From: Camelus dromedarius
Lineage: Eukaryota
Direction of reading: 5' to 3'
NCBI RefSeq assembly: GCF_036321535.1
Contig: NC_087437.1
Span: forward strand, 82,958,001 to 83,022,000
DNA: 64,000 bases
Both the position numbers and the translations under genes were made by a program. The notes under the pieces were generated by a model that was given only the letters and a program-made list of their open reading frames with translations, had not been told where the DNA came from and searched no databases. Shown here piece by piece: positions 1-11,731 of the stretch; the stretch's first letter is position 1, and every line of letters begins with the position of its first letter.

Positions 1-139
1 GTTAACAATTCGTCTATATTTGTCTGAAGAAAATGAAAACCCTTTCCATTTATACTAGCTACTTTATTCCTAAATTAGAGGAACAAAGAAGTTGTATTCT
101 TTTTATGTGACAACTGTGTTGTGGATTTCTTGAATTGTA

Positions 140-515
140 GAAGCTTGAAGTCAAAAGGTCCCAGTTTGGGCCTCTAACAACCCATGTGATCTTAGATAAG
201 CTCACTAAGCTTGTCTAAATCCCAGTTTCCTTAGGTGCAAAATGGGGTTGATGACGTGTGCTTGGTACAACCCCTCACCTTCATGTTTACTCTGTCCACA
301 GTAAGGGAAGTAGTATTGTAGGGGTGGAGAGCACAATGAATTCATATTCTGGGTCTGACACCTACTTGTTATGTGACCTTGGCAAACTCTGAGAGGAGAC
401 TTTACTTTTATGAACCTTAGTTTCTCCATTTACGAAATAGAGATATGGTTGCCTACCTTTATAAGGCTGCTGTGAGAATTAAATCAGATAATATCTGTAA
501 AGAGCTTAGGACAGT
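140..515 (+). mobile_element. Two MIR SINE fragments
   Basis: tgtgaccttggcaa...cagtttc...aaaatgggg / tgtgagaattaaat MIR core motifs. Confidence 0.65.
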
Positions 516-669
516 ACATGCTGCATATGCATATGTGTGTGTGCATGAAATATATATATATATATATGACACATATATATGACTATATATATAGATATAC
601 ATATATGAGAGGTTATAAAATATGACTGGGACAAAAGACCTCAAAATATGAATAATGGATTCAATTGAT

Positions 670-1120
670 TGTTACAGATTCCACATTGCAACTATTCATT
701 AAGATGAGTCAAGTTTTGACGTAGTAGCAAAGAATAATATCATCAATTATCTGAAAAGGATATTAAAATACCTCTTTCTGTTTCAATTACTCACCTGTGT
801 ATGGCTGGAGTTTCTTCATTTATTTCAATCGAAACAGTATCGAGCAAGAATGAATGTAAGTGCAGATATGAGAATCCTGTTGTCTATTAAGGTAAACATT
901 AAAGAGATTTGCAAAAATGTAAAACAATGTCACTCTTCTCACTGTCTTTTTTGTTTGTTTGTTTTTGGAGAGAATAGTTACTTTTGAAAAGTTTACATAA
1001 TGATAATAGGTAACTGGCTTATTTTTGTTGTTTTAAGCATGTTAATAATATATATATATAAATATTTAAAATTTTTCTCAGTTTTCTAATACAATAAATG
1101 TTAAAATTATAAACAACATA
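670..1120 (+). mobile_element. hAT-Charlie (Charlie1-like) DNA transposon fragment
   Basis: ccacattgcaact...ttatctgaaaagg.tattaaaatac...gcagatatgagaatcc...attaaagagatttgcaaaaatgtaaaacaatg matches the Charlie1 transposase 3' region. Confidence 0.75.
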
Positions 1121-1228
1121 TCAGTCTTAATTTCAATTAGAGTGGTAAGTTGGGAGGCTTTCATATTCTTTAGAAAAGCCACTTTTGGAAAGTGACTTTG
1201 GGAAAGTTATTTAAACCCTAAGTGCTTC

Positions 1229-1266
<38 letters not shown>
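1229..1266. repeat. (ATCA)n tetranucleotide microsatellite
   Basis: Directly visible, about 9 units. Confidence 0.95.
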
Positions 1267-1269
<3 letters not shown>

Positions 1270-2224
1270 ATAAGAATCATGCCACATTATGTCCAAGAGA
1301 CAGGAAATTAGACAAAATGATATTATGAGCATTCCTCCAGCCTAAAGTTTTTGTGATTCTAGAATTCTGTTCTATTGATAACCCTGGTTAAACCTGTGGC
1401 AGGCTTAGCCAGCAGTAAAAAGCCGAAATTAAGTCCAACATATCATCCCACGTCTTTTTCAAAGAAGACTGAAACCCACACCCCATCCACCCTCCTCCAC
1501 AAAGCTTCCAGAGAAAGCAGGACTGTGACAACCAGTGCAAACTCCATCCACACGGCTCACAGGAGAATGCAGCTCTGTACAAACATGGTCATGCCTTTGG
1601 GGGCATGTTAGGGAGTATCAGGGCAATTCACTATTTCTTTTAAGGGTTGAAGACAGAAGCAGAGAAACTGAATGCTGACATAAAGAGTGGTATGACCCTT
1701 CAGAAGGAAAAAATCTAAACATTAACATCAACTTAATTTGGGACATCTTACTCAACATTTGATTTGTTAGACAAATGTCTGAGTGTCCAATATGAGCTAG
1801 GCATCAAATGTATAATCTTTACTAATCCCAGGTCTAGAAGAATGATTTCTTTTCCTCCTTGAAAAATAACTTTTAGCAGAGCAGTAGTATAAATCTTCCA
1901 TGCTTAAATCTTATTTTTCTTTTCCATTTTGTCCATATCCAACAGTGTTTCATTCTAATATTAACTCACCAACACTTACTATGTACATATGATTTCCAAG
2001 GATTGGGATGATCTAGTCTTTGGGGGCACCAATACAGATTTGGTCCATCTCTTAGAAGGTTCACGACATGGATGGGCAAGTATAAGATCTGTAGTCAGGA
2101 AAGTCAGCACTACCATTTTAGACACCTGAAAATCAGTTTTTCAGTGTCACGCTATATATGTTGTGATGGCATCGCCAACCCCCCTCCTATACACTTTTCG
2201 GATGTGTCTTAGTCTGGGATTAAT

Positions 2225-2417
2225 GACTCATTCCTTTAGGGCTGGATGATTCTTTGCTGTGGGAGGCTATCCTGTGCTTTGTAGAATGTTTAGCAGAATC
2301 CCTGCCCTCTATTCACTAGATGCCAGTAGAAGTCAACTGTGACAAACAAAACTATCTCCAGATGTTGCCAAAAACCCCCTGGAAGATAGAATGACTTCTG
2401 GTTAAGAACGACTGCTT
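2225..2417. mobile_element. MER20 (hAT-Charlie) element
   Basis: gggctggatgattctttgctgtggg...tgtagaatgtttagcag..tccctg...ctagatgccagtag...ctccagatgttgccaaa. Confidence 0.75.
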
Positions 2418-3899
2418 TAAATCAAGACTCTCCCCTTATAAACTCACAAACACTCTGTTTCATCCTTCTTCCTTTTCCCCTTCTCCTTTTTCCCTCTTCC
2501 TTTTCTCTGCAAACACCTATTATAGTTTCCTCTTCATCCTTAGCAATCATTCTCAGGAAAAACAGGAGTTTACTCTACTCTCAAGAAACGTAACATGTGA
2601 AGCCATTATTAGTTACTAATGACTTGGGGTAACAAGCCATCCCAGTTTGACAAAGCGTGAAGTCCCAGGATGTGAACATTTCAGTGCTAAAACTGAGGAA
2701 ATCTTAGGCAAATTGAGATGAGTTGGTCACCCTAAACTTAGTGTGTAACCCTTTTAACCTCTAGTCCACTGGGTGTACTGTCTCATTCATAGAAGCACAG
2801 ATCAAATATCTATTACTGATAAAAATGGAATTACATTCTAATTTTGGTGCTTTTAAAAACGTATTAAAGTTGGTTCTTTCACCCTCCCAGCAAGAATGCT
2901 TTTACCTTTTTCCCCTTTTCCAGTTATCTTATTCCTGCAATACTCTAGCACCTTTCATTTGCTCTAAATTTCCAAAATTCTCTCATCTCTTTATTTTGAA
3001 GGTTAACTAACCTCTTTCCTTTCTCCTCCCACCTCTTAGGTTCTACCTTCTTTGCTACTTTTTAACATAAATTCCAGGGACAGATTTGGCAGTGACAGAC
3101 AGGACACTCACGGGGTGGATAGTCATCATCTGCTTCTGTGGAGGAAAGAAATTCCCAGAATCACTTACATGCACGACCACATGTGTGTTGGCTTGTGAGC
3201 TCCTTCCTAATAAGAAGAGATAGAAGTGGAAGCAGGGGAATGAAAAAATCATAATGGTTGAGTCTTGATAGAATATGACGATGGAAAAGAGAAGACACAT
3301 CCAGCTTGGGTTCTGCAGAATAGCTGTGGGAAATACAAGGCTGCCAGGGCTCAGTTTCAGCTTCTGAGTACTTAACAAGGGGCAGAGGTCAAGGGCAAGG
3401 GCGTTAAAGGGCAATACAATTTGCTGTTTCATAGCTCTGGATATAGCTAATGTTACATTCTCCTGGTTACACCCTTATTTTCAGCTGCTTTCTCCCCAAC
3501 ATGGAATCCTTTTAAACCCAGTTACCACTTAGCTAAACTAATTTGTCTTTGCTTCCAATGTTTTTGCAATCACTACACCACCATAAAATCTTTTACACAA
3601 GACATAAACTCTGAAAGGAAAATATTAAACTATGAGGTCACTGCTGTAATAGCAAATGACCATGGAGTTAAAAGAAGATGAAAAAACTTCTCATGGATAG
3701 AAGCCAAGCACTTTAGAAAAAGAGACAGAAAGAGTACTGGGCTGTCATTCTGGGACCTTAAGGGGTCTGCTGCATTTCCTACATGTAAAATGGTCCCCAG
3801 ATAACTCTCATGATACATATTCTGAATGCCATGAAATTAGAATCATTTGCAGTGGGCTCTCCACACCCACCAGTGTGGAGAGCTAATGGGACTCTGCCA

Positions 3900-3990
3900 G
3901 TTTATATGAAGGACTTGAACATGTAGATTCTGGTATCTGCAGGAGCTCCTGGAACCAATCCCCCTCAGACACCAAGGGACCACTGTACTT
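3900..3990. mobile_element. MER2/Tigger-type terminal fragment
   Basis: ggacttga.cat....attctggtatc...cctggaaccaatccccc...accaagggac.actgta. Confidence 0.65.
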
Positions 3991-4409
3991 CACTTATAAA
4001 AATCACATCTTCCGCTTGCGGCAAAAGGTCAGAGCATCTGAAAGACAAAGAAGAAACTGGTTGCAAACAAGGGTGTCTATTTCTGTTTATGAGATTTGAA
4101 GTCTGCAGAATGACTGAAGTCATTTTCATGCTTCAGGCTTATAGTGACTCAGCTCTTCCTTTTCCAGTAAATGTAATTGTTGATGAACCTTGCCGTGCCT
4201 TCCCAGAGGCAGATGATGCTTTTCATTTGATTAAATCTAATTCGATAAGTAAGGGTTTGCGTTTGTTAAACTCCTGCATGGGTTGAGTATGTTTGTGTTT
4301 CATTTTAACATTCATTATAGAAATTAGTCTGTCATCTCCAAAGCCATGATTTTCCCCAACAATCCTGGATTGAAAATGTTCTGAAAATATATTATTCCTT
4401 TGGGGACCT

Positions 4410-4905
4410 GCATTACTTTTCTATTGTTGTTGTAACAATTAACCACCAAATTCATGATTAAAAAAAACCAAATTTATGATCTTACAATTCTGGAGGTCAG
4501 AAGTCTGAAACGAATCTCACTGGGCTAACATCAAAGTATCAGCAGGGCTGCACGGCTTCTGAATCTGTGTGTGTGAGAATCTGTTTCCTTGCCTTTTCCA
4601 GCTCCTAATGACCACGTACATCCCTTGATTTGTGGTCCTTTCCTCCATCTTCGAAGTCAGAAGCACAGCATCTTCAAATCTGTTTCTGACTTTGATCTTC
4701 TGCTTCCCTCTTCCACATTTAAAAGGCCCTTGTGATAAAACTGGACTCACTAGATAATCCAGGAGCATTTATATATCTTCAGGTCAGCTGATTAGCAACT
4801 TTAATTCCACCTGCAACGTTAGTTGCTTTTTGCCATGTAACAACATATTCACAGATTCAGGGGATTACGGCATAAACATCTCTAGAGGGCCATTATTTGC
4901 CCCAC
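4410..4905 (-). mobile_element. MLT1 (C/D/E-like) solo LTR
   Basis: ttacaattctggaggtcagaagtctgaaa...ctcactgggctaa.atcaa.gtatcagcagggctg motif. Confidence 0.75.
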
Positions 4906-5599
4906 TGGATCCCAACTATGCAGGGGGTGGTCCTACTAGACTCCCAACCTTGGAGGTCCCTGAGATTTGTCTTCTGTCACCAGAATTGGTGATCATAAAA
5001 ACAGAAACTTGAAGTCACCAAGGGTCGGGAGATGTTGTCAGATAAATGCTGGCTTTGGTTCTTGCTTACCTCCTAGGTTTCCCATTTTCACTTTAATGTT
5101 GGTTTTTAGGGGTACCTTCATTTCCCTGCCATCTCAGAGAAACATGCTATGTATTTTTTTCATAAAGCCAAATTGTTTTTACTGATTGGAGCATTTAAGA
5201 TAGCAAGTGTCCTGTTGTGCCAGGCACCCTGCAGTCGCTCTTGGAAAATAAAATTTTGATCTGTTCTAATAATAATTTGCCTCCATGCCCTGCAAGTGGA
5301 ATATCAAAATTACAAACTCTTATTCAAGTAGTTACTCCTTTCCTCTATTCAGTCTGCTTCAGACTTACAAACTTGTAATGAAAGAAGCGGGTATTTTTGG
5401 CTTCACTGCTGTTTCTCCCCTCTGTTTCATCTTGTATTTGCAGCTATTGCTGTGGATTTATCCAGTCAATCATAAGGGGTAGAGAGAGAGCTATTTTCAT
5501 TAGACTGTTCTCTAAGTAGAAAATATTCAAATATCCACAACTTATTACAATTAGTGAGTCATTCACACTGATATAGTCAGTTGGGAAAATTTTTTATAT

Positions 5600-6105
5600 T
5601 AACAATAGAAGTAAAAAGTACTTATGAATAAATTCAAAAAGGATGTACAAAATATTTATGTGGGAATTTATAAAAATTTATTAGAAGAGACCAAAGAACA
5701 GTTCAATAATGGAGAGATGTTTGTAGACGAGAAGGATCAATATTACAAATATGTCAATTCTTCCAAGTTTGTCTATGGATTTAACAAAATTTCAATTAAA
5801 AAAAATCCTAACAATGTGATTTTTTCCTATTGTTCCTGATAAATTTATCCAAAATTTATGGAGTTGAACAAAAGATCAAGAATAGGCAAGGCTCTCCTGA
5901 AGAAGAAAAAGGTGTGTTGCAGGGGGAGACTTAATTCAAGCTACGTTAAATAACATAGTGTTGAACTGGTACAGACACAGATAAACAGACCACTGGAATA
6001 GAGTACAATGTGCAAAAACCGACCCCCTGATTAATGGACACTTGGTCTATGACAGAGGGAGAACTGAAGACCAGAGGAGGAAGGACAGGACATCAATAAG
6101 TGCTT
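5600..6105 (+). mobile_element. Old L1M ORF2 fragment
   Basis: Degenerate ORF2 C-terminal sequence (atagacagacc..tggaatagagta). Confidence 0.6.
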
Positions 6106-7346
6106 CTGTGACACTAACCATTTATTAAAACAATAACCATTTATTTATTTCACAATTCTTGGGTCAGCAGTTCTGGCTGGGAGCAACTGGGTACTTTTCT
6201 CAACTAGCTCATTTAGCTGACTCAAGTGTCTCTAAGCAGCTAAAAAAATCAATCAGGCAGTTCTGCTTCTGTGTTGGTTGGCTGTTGGCTGGAGTGACAA
6301 GGGTGACTGGGCCCACATACCTGTCATCATGCAGCAGGTAGCCCACATATGTTCACATGGTTGACATGATCAGAGAAAGCAAGGGTGGTCCAGGCCTGGA
6401 ATTGGTACAGTATCACTTCTGCCGCATACTAATGGTGAGAAATGTCACAAGACCTGTCTAGATTCAAGGAGAAATAGACATCTCTTGATGGAAGAAGCTA
6501 CAATGTATTATAGCCATTTTTGCAATCTAGAAGTCTATCCTTTGGACAAAATAATTACCTTTCCTTCCACATGTAACACGTCCCAAATCTCATCTAATTA
6601 TGGTATCAGGCTAGTGTGGCATCTTGTGGTCCAAATCAGGTCAGATGAGGCTCCTCAAATGAGGTTTTCTTGTTCTGGCAACCTATGAAATAAAAAGGAC
6701 TAATTATCGTCCCTCAACACACCCAACACACGATTGGGCAGGGATAGGTCCATTACAGTAGATACTACCACCAGAAAGTGGAAGCGTGTAAACACAAAGC
6801 AGCCATGGGTCTACAACAACACTGAAATCCAGTAGGACATCTGTTGCTGGGTCTCCCCATTCTGGGGGCATGAAATACTCATTGATTAGGTCTAGTTTCA
6901 TCTCCCTGCTTCACTGCTTTCCAAGACTTAGCTCCACTTTCTGAACTGTTGGTTATCTTCTGAGATATTGTTCCTTTTCTATAAGGAAAGACCCATATTG
7001 TGTAATTTGAGCAGTCTAATTTCTTCAATCCAAGTATGTGGTGCTTTCAACAGTACAACTCTTAATACTTGGTGGTTTCCCTCTGAATCTGACTTGAGTC
7101 TACTTGGTCCAAGAAAAGTCACACCAACAATTCATTAGAGAGAGAATTTTGTGGGTGTGTCAGTCTGTTGTGGGATAATAAGGGATAATAGCCTTAAGAT
7201 TCTTAGATACCCCTCCCCACCTTTTTTTATATAGTTAAGAGAACCTACTATATGACACCTTAATTCTTTCGAATATCTTAATAGAATTTAATAGCCACAA
7301 CTCAGGCTTCTTTCATTTGGATTTTTTGCTGGCTGAAGAGATTAGG

Positions 7347-8012
7347 TCCAGCAATCCCACTCCTGGGCATATATCCAGAGGGAACCCTAATTCAAAAAGA
7401 CACCTGCACCCCAATATTCATAGCATCACTATTTACAATAGTCAAGACATGGAAACAACCTAAATGTCCATTGACAGATGACTGGATAAAGAAGCTGTGG
7501 TACATTTATACAATGGAATACTACTCAGCCATAAAAATGACAACATAATGCCATTTGCAGCAACATGGATGGTCCTGGAGAATGTCACTCTAAGTGAAGT
7601 AAGCCATAAAGAGAAAGAAAAATACCATATGACTTCACTCATATGTGGAATCTAAAAAAAAAAAAGATAAATGAACTTATATAGAAAACAGGAACTGACT
7701 CACAGACATAGAATACACAGACTTGTGGTTGCCGAGGGGAGGGGGGTGGGAAGGGATAAACTGAGAGTTTGAGATTTGCAGATACTGACTGGTATATATA
7801 AAATAGATAAACAAGTTTATACTGTATAGCACAGGGAAATATATTCAATTGTAGTAGCTCATGGTAAAAAAGAATAAGAAAATGAATATAGTATATTCAT
7901 GTATGACTGAAGAATTATGCTGTACACCAGAAATTGACACAACATTGTAAACTGACTACACCTCAATAAATAAATTAAAAGCCAAAAAAAAAAAAAAAAG
8001 AGAGAGAGAGAG
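7347..8012 (+). mobile_element. Relatively young 5'-truncated L1 (ORF2 end and 3' UTR)
   Basis: ccagcaatcccactcctgggcatatatcc... to poly-A/(AG)n tail; TSD agagattagg on both sides; close to the copy at 27715-28205. Confidence 0.88.
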
Positions 8013-8189
8013 AGAGAGATTAGGGATGAAAAACAGTTCTATTTCCTGTATATTCCTTCTAATTTTTTTCTTCAGCTCTTTTCTTTATTCCTCAGCAACT
8101 AAATGAAACCAATTTAGTTTGGTCCAGAAATCATTTTGCAAGGCCCATAAATTCATTAGCAATATGTATTTTAAAAAAAAATCTTCCAA

Positions 8190-8413
8190 CCCCTAATTTA
8201 TCCCTCTCTGCCCTTTACAGACACATGTTACTATATATAAAATAGATGAACAACAAGGACCTACTGTATAGTACAGGGAACCATATTCAGTTTTTTGTGA
8301 TAACATATAATAGAAAAGAATCTGAATAAAACAATGTATATGTATAACAGAATCACTTTCCTGTACAGCTGAAACTAACATTGTAAATCAACTACCCTTC
8401 AATAAATCTTTTT
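8190..8413 (+). mobile_element. Short L1 3'-UTR insertion with 5' inversion
   Basis: L1 3' end flanked by aaaaatcttccaa repeats; the first ~25 nt are inverted L1 sequence. Confidence 0.75.
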
Positions 8414-9888
8414 AAAAATCTTCCAAAAAGAAAAAATCTTCCAGGTTCCTGTAGGCAACCATTATGCCAATAGTTTTTAACAAAATGATGCATGTTGCCA
8501 TTTTTCTGACCAGCTATAGCCATTTCCTCAGTTTTTCCAGTTACCACTAGTAGTTTGCTTGCCCTTTTCCTAGTTTTTGCTACTGAGTTCTTAATGTTCT
8601 TTCAGTCTCTGCCCAATTCAGAAACCCCAGGCCACATGTTTTAGGTTTTTGTTACTACAGAAATCCACTTCTAGGTACTAATTTTCATATCAGTTAGTCT
8701 TTACTGTGTAACTAACCACTCCAAAACTTAGTTGCCCCAAACAATAATCATTTATTTATCAGCTCCTGATCCTGTGGTTAGCACTTTGCACCAGATTAGC
8801 TGCAAAGTTCTTCTGCTGATCTCAGGGGTTCTTACTCATGTTTTCCTGGTCAGCTGGCAGTCAGCGGCCTCACTCATATACATGGCAGTTAGCTGGCTCT
8901 CATACTGGGCCACACGTCATCACCCAGCAGGCTAATTTAGGCTTATTTATATATAGTGGCTCCAGGATTCCCAAGAGCAGCAAGGGAGCAAGCCCCAGTG
9001 TACAACTACTTTTCAACTCTCTGCTTGTGTAAGTGTTTCTACCATCCCTTTATCCACATGGTCAAGTCCAGATTTGAGGGATGGAAGAAAAGAATTTAGC
9101 TCATCATGGGAGCAACTGCAAAGTTACATTGCAAAGGGCATGCATACAGGATGGATACAATTTGTGGTCACTTTTACAATCTCTTGATATGATGGGATAT
9201 TTTAAAAATAGTAATCTGTATTTCGTATATTAACCATACAAAACATTAATGCATACAAATTGATATTTCAATAATATTTTTGATAATGAGTCTGACGAGT
9301 TTGTGCTAGGAATAGAAGTGTCAGCTCTGCAGTTTTCTCATTGTTCATTTGTGCATGTATCATTAGCATATTCAATCAGTTGCTAGAAGATGATTTTTAG
9401 TCACCTGTTCATTTTGTGAGGGTTAGTTAGGTTGAAATCAGACTAGAATTTGTAAATCCATTTCACCAGGCACATGTAATCTATGACATATAAAAAACCA
9501 ATGAGGAAGGGTACCATTGTCAACCCTATGACATTGTATACCTTCCACTCATCCCCAAGGCCCTCTTTCATACGATATGTGACAAGTGATTGGTAGACAA
9601 TCACCAGGGCAAGTGTCAATATGAATATTTGTTTTACATTTTATTTTAAACTAAAACTATTCATACATAATATACTCATTCTCATAAGAGAATTAATATA
9701 TTCCAGTATTTTCTACCTGCATCCTAATGGATTGTCTGGTATATCCCCTCTGAATAGTGTTTACACCAGTGCTTTAGATAATTTCTCATCACCAGGGCTA
9801 CCCACAACATTCTGGAAGAAATTACATCACTTTAATTTAATTTGTTTAAATTTAATTTTAAATCACTTATACATAATTTATGTGTATA

Positions 9889-9889
9889 A

Positions 9890-9934
<45 letters not shown>
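9889..9934. repeat. (TG)n microsatellite
   Basis: Directly visible. Confidence 0.95.
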
Positions 9935-9936
<2 letters not shown>

Positions 9937-10359
9937 GTGGAGGGAGGGGGTTCTTGTCATTCCTCCTTTGGAAAACAAAGAAGTCTGAATGCTTTGTCCA
10001 GTCTGCCCTATTTCCAGTTCAGGCTTTGGTAAATGTAGAACTGCTCCTCGTTCTTTCAGGTAGCTAGAGTATTTATATGCAGAAATGCATCATTTTTCTT
10101 GAAAATCTTGAAAAATCTGATTTTTGTTTGCCCTCAGGTTTTAGGAGAAAGAGGCCAATTTCAAAAAAGGTTAATAGTCAAGATTTATTTATGCAACCTA
10201 ATGTTCCGTTATGTCTAATGGTTGGTCAACACAGAATTTGGCTCAATGCTTTGTGTATTTTTAGCTCTTGAACAGTGCTTTCAAATGTTCCTACTCATGA
10301 TCCCCAAGAATATCTTCCATCTTTTAGGAAAAAGTTTGTAAATATATATATATTTTGTG

Positions 10360-10710
10360 CCATTTTGTGTCAACTTGGCTAGGCTATGGTGCCCAGATAT
10401 GTCAATGAAGTCAAACACTATTCTGGATGCTTCTGTGAGGCTGTGTTCAGTGAGATTAACATTTAAACTGGCTGACTCTGAGTAAGGCAGATTGCCCTCC
10501 ATAGTGTGAGTGGGCCTCATTCAAGCAGCTAAAGGCCTGAGAAGAACAAGCCTGACCTCGCCAGGGCAGGAGGGGATTCTGCCAGCAACTGGCCTTCGAC
10601 TTGGACTGCAGCATGGGTTCTTTTCTTGCTCTTGAGCCTGCTGGGCCCACTCTACAGATTTCGGACTTGCCAGCCTTCATAATCATGTGAGTCAATTTCT
10701 TAAAATAAAG
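10360..10710 (+). mobile_element. MLT2 (ERVL) LTR
   Basis: tgtgtcaacttggctaggcta.ggtgcccagat...gtgggcctcattcaa...ataatcatgtgagtcaatttctt. Confidence 0.8.
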
Positions 10711-11529
10711 AAATCTTAATTTACTTTGTATTTTTCTTTACTAGTTCTTTGATCTTGGATAAGCGACTTCATCTCTCTCACCCTACTTTTCTCATCTACA
10801 AAATGAAGACATTCATATCTGCCTCACAGGGTTGTTGTGAGGATTAAATGAGTTAATATATAAGATCCTTTGAGCAGTGTCTGGCACAGAGTGGACAGAG
10901 GACAACTCTCCTCTTTAATTTGGACTGAGCTTACTTGGTTCTTATCCAGATGGTACTTTCTGTCTTTCTGCCACACTTACTGCTTTGTCTGATTCCTGGG
11001 AGGAAACGCATCCTAGTTCCTCAGCATGTGGCAAAAGAAGTGGCCAGAGACACATGGAAGAATAGTTTCTAGAGATGGTAAATAACTTCCCGGAGTTGTA
11101 GTAGATGGCCAGGAAGGAACATGACTCATGAGTCATTTGAAAATACTTAAAAAGATGCATACGTTTCTCAAATGCTTCTAAAGTAAGACACAAAGATGAA
11201 AAGTCCAACAGGTTCGATGTTCCCCCATGGAGTTTCGATTCCATGAGGAGTTTCAAAAGGGAACTTGCATGTTTTTGTTATTCTTGGTATTTGGAAGAGT
11301 GTCTGCTTCTTTGGTGAGTGGGAGTAGGAGGGAGCTTGAGAATTCTTATTTCATAAATTTTTGATGGACTCTTTTATTGAATGTGAATAAGCATGGGAAA
11401 ATTTGCCTGTATAAAATACAGTAATAATAATTATGATAGGTATAAAGTGGGAGCAAAGTGTTAGGGATTTATAAGAGAGTTTGAAGGAGAGGTTAATTCA
11501 AACATAAAATCTTAAGAAGATTTTTTTAA

Positions 11530-11563
11530 ACCTTTTTTTTTAAGGTGGGTAATTAGGTTTATT

Positions 11564-11649
<86 letters not shown>

Positions 11650-11731
11650 TTTTTAAACAGAGGCTCTGGAGATTGAACCCAGGACCTCAAGCACATTAAG
11701 CATGCCCTCTACCACTGAGCTAGACCCTCCC
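11530..11731 (-). mobile_element. tRNA-Ala-derived SINE with (TA)n expansion in its tail
   Basis: Reverse complement of the same SINE head (gggagggtctagctcagtggtagag); (TA)n at about 11570-11641. Confidence 0.85.

Larger units (their letters stand above)
6105..9185 (-). mobile_element. Old ERVL-MaLR MLT1 element (LTR about 6105-6530, internal region, LTR about 8690-9185) carrying two L1 inserts
   Basis: Two similar MLT1-type LTR segments (aacaata..catttatt...) bracketing MLT-int-like sequence. Confidence 0.6.

Noticed and set aside
9621..10067. 148-aa ORF
   Set aside because: Low-complexity and spans a (TG)n repeat; not gene-like.
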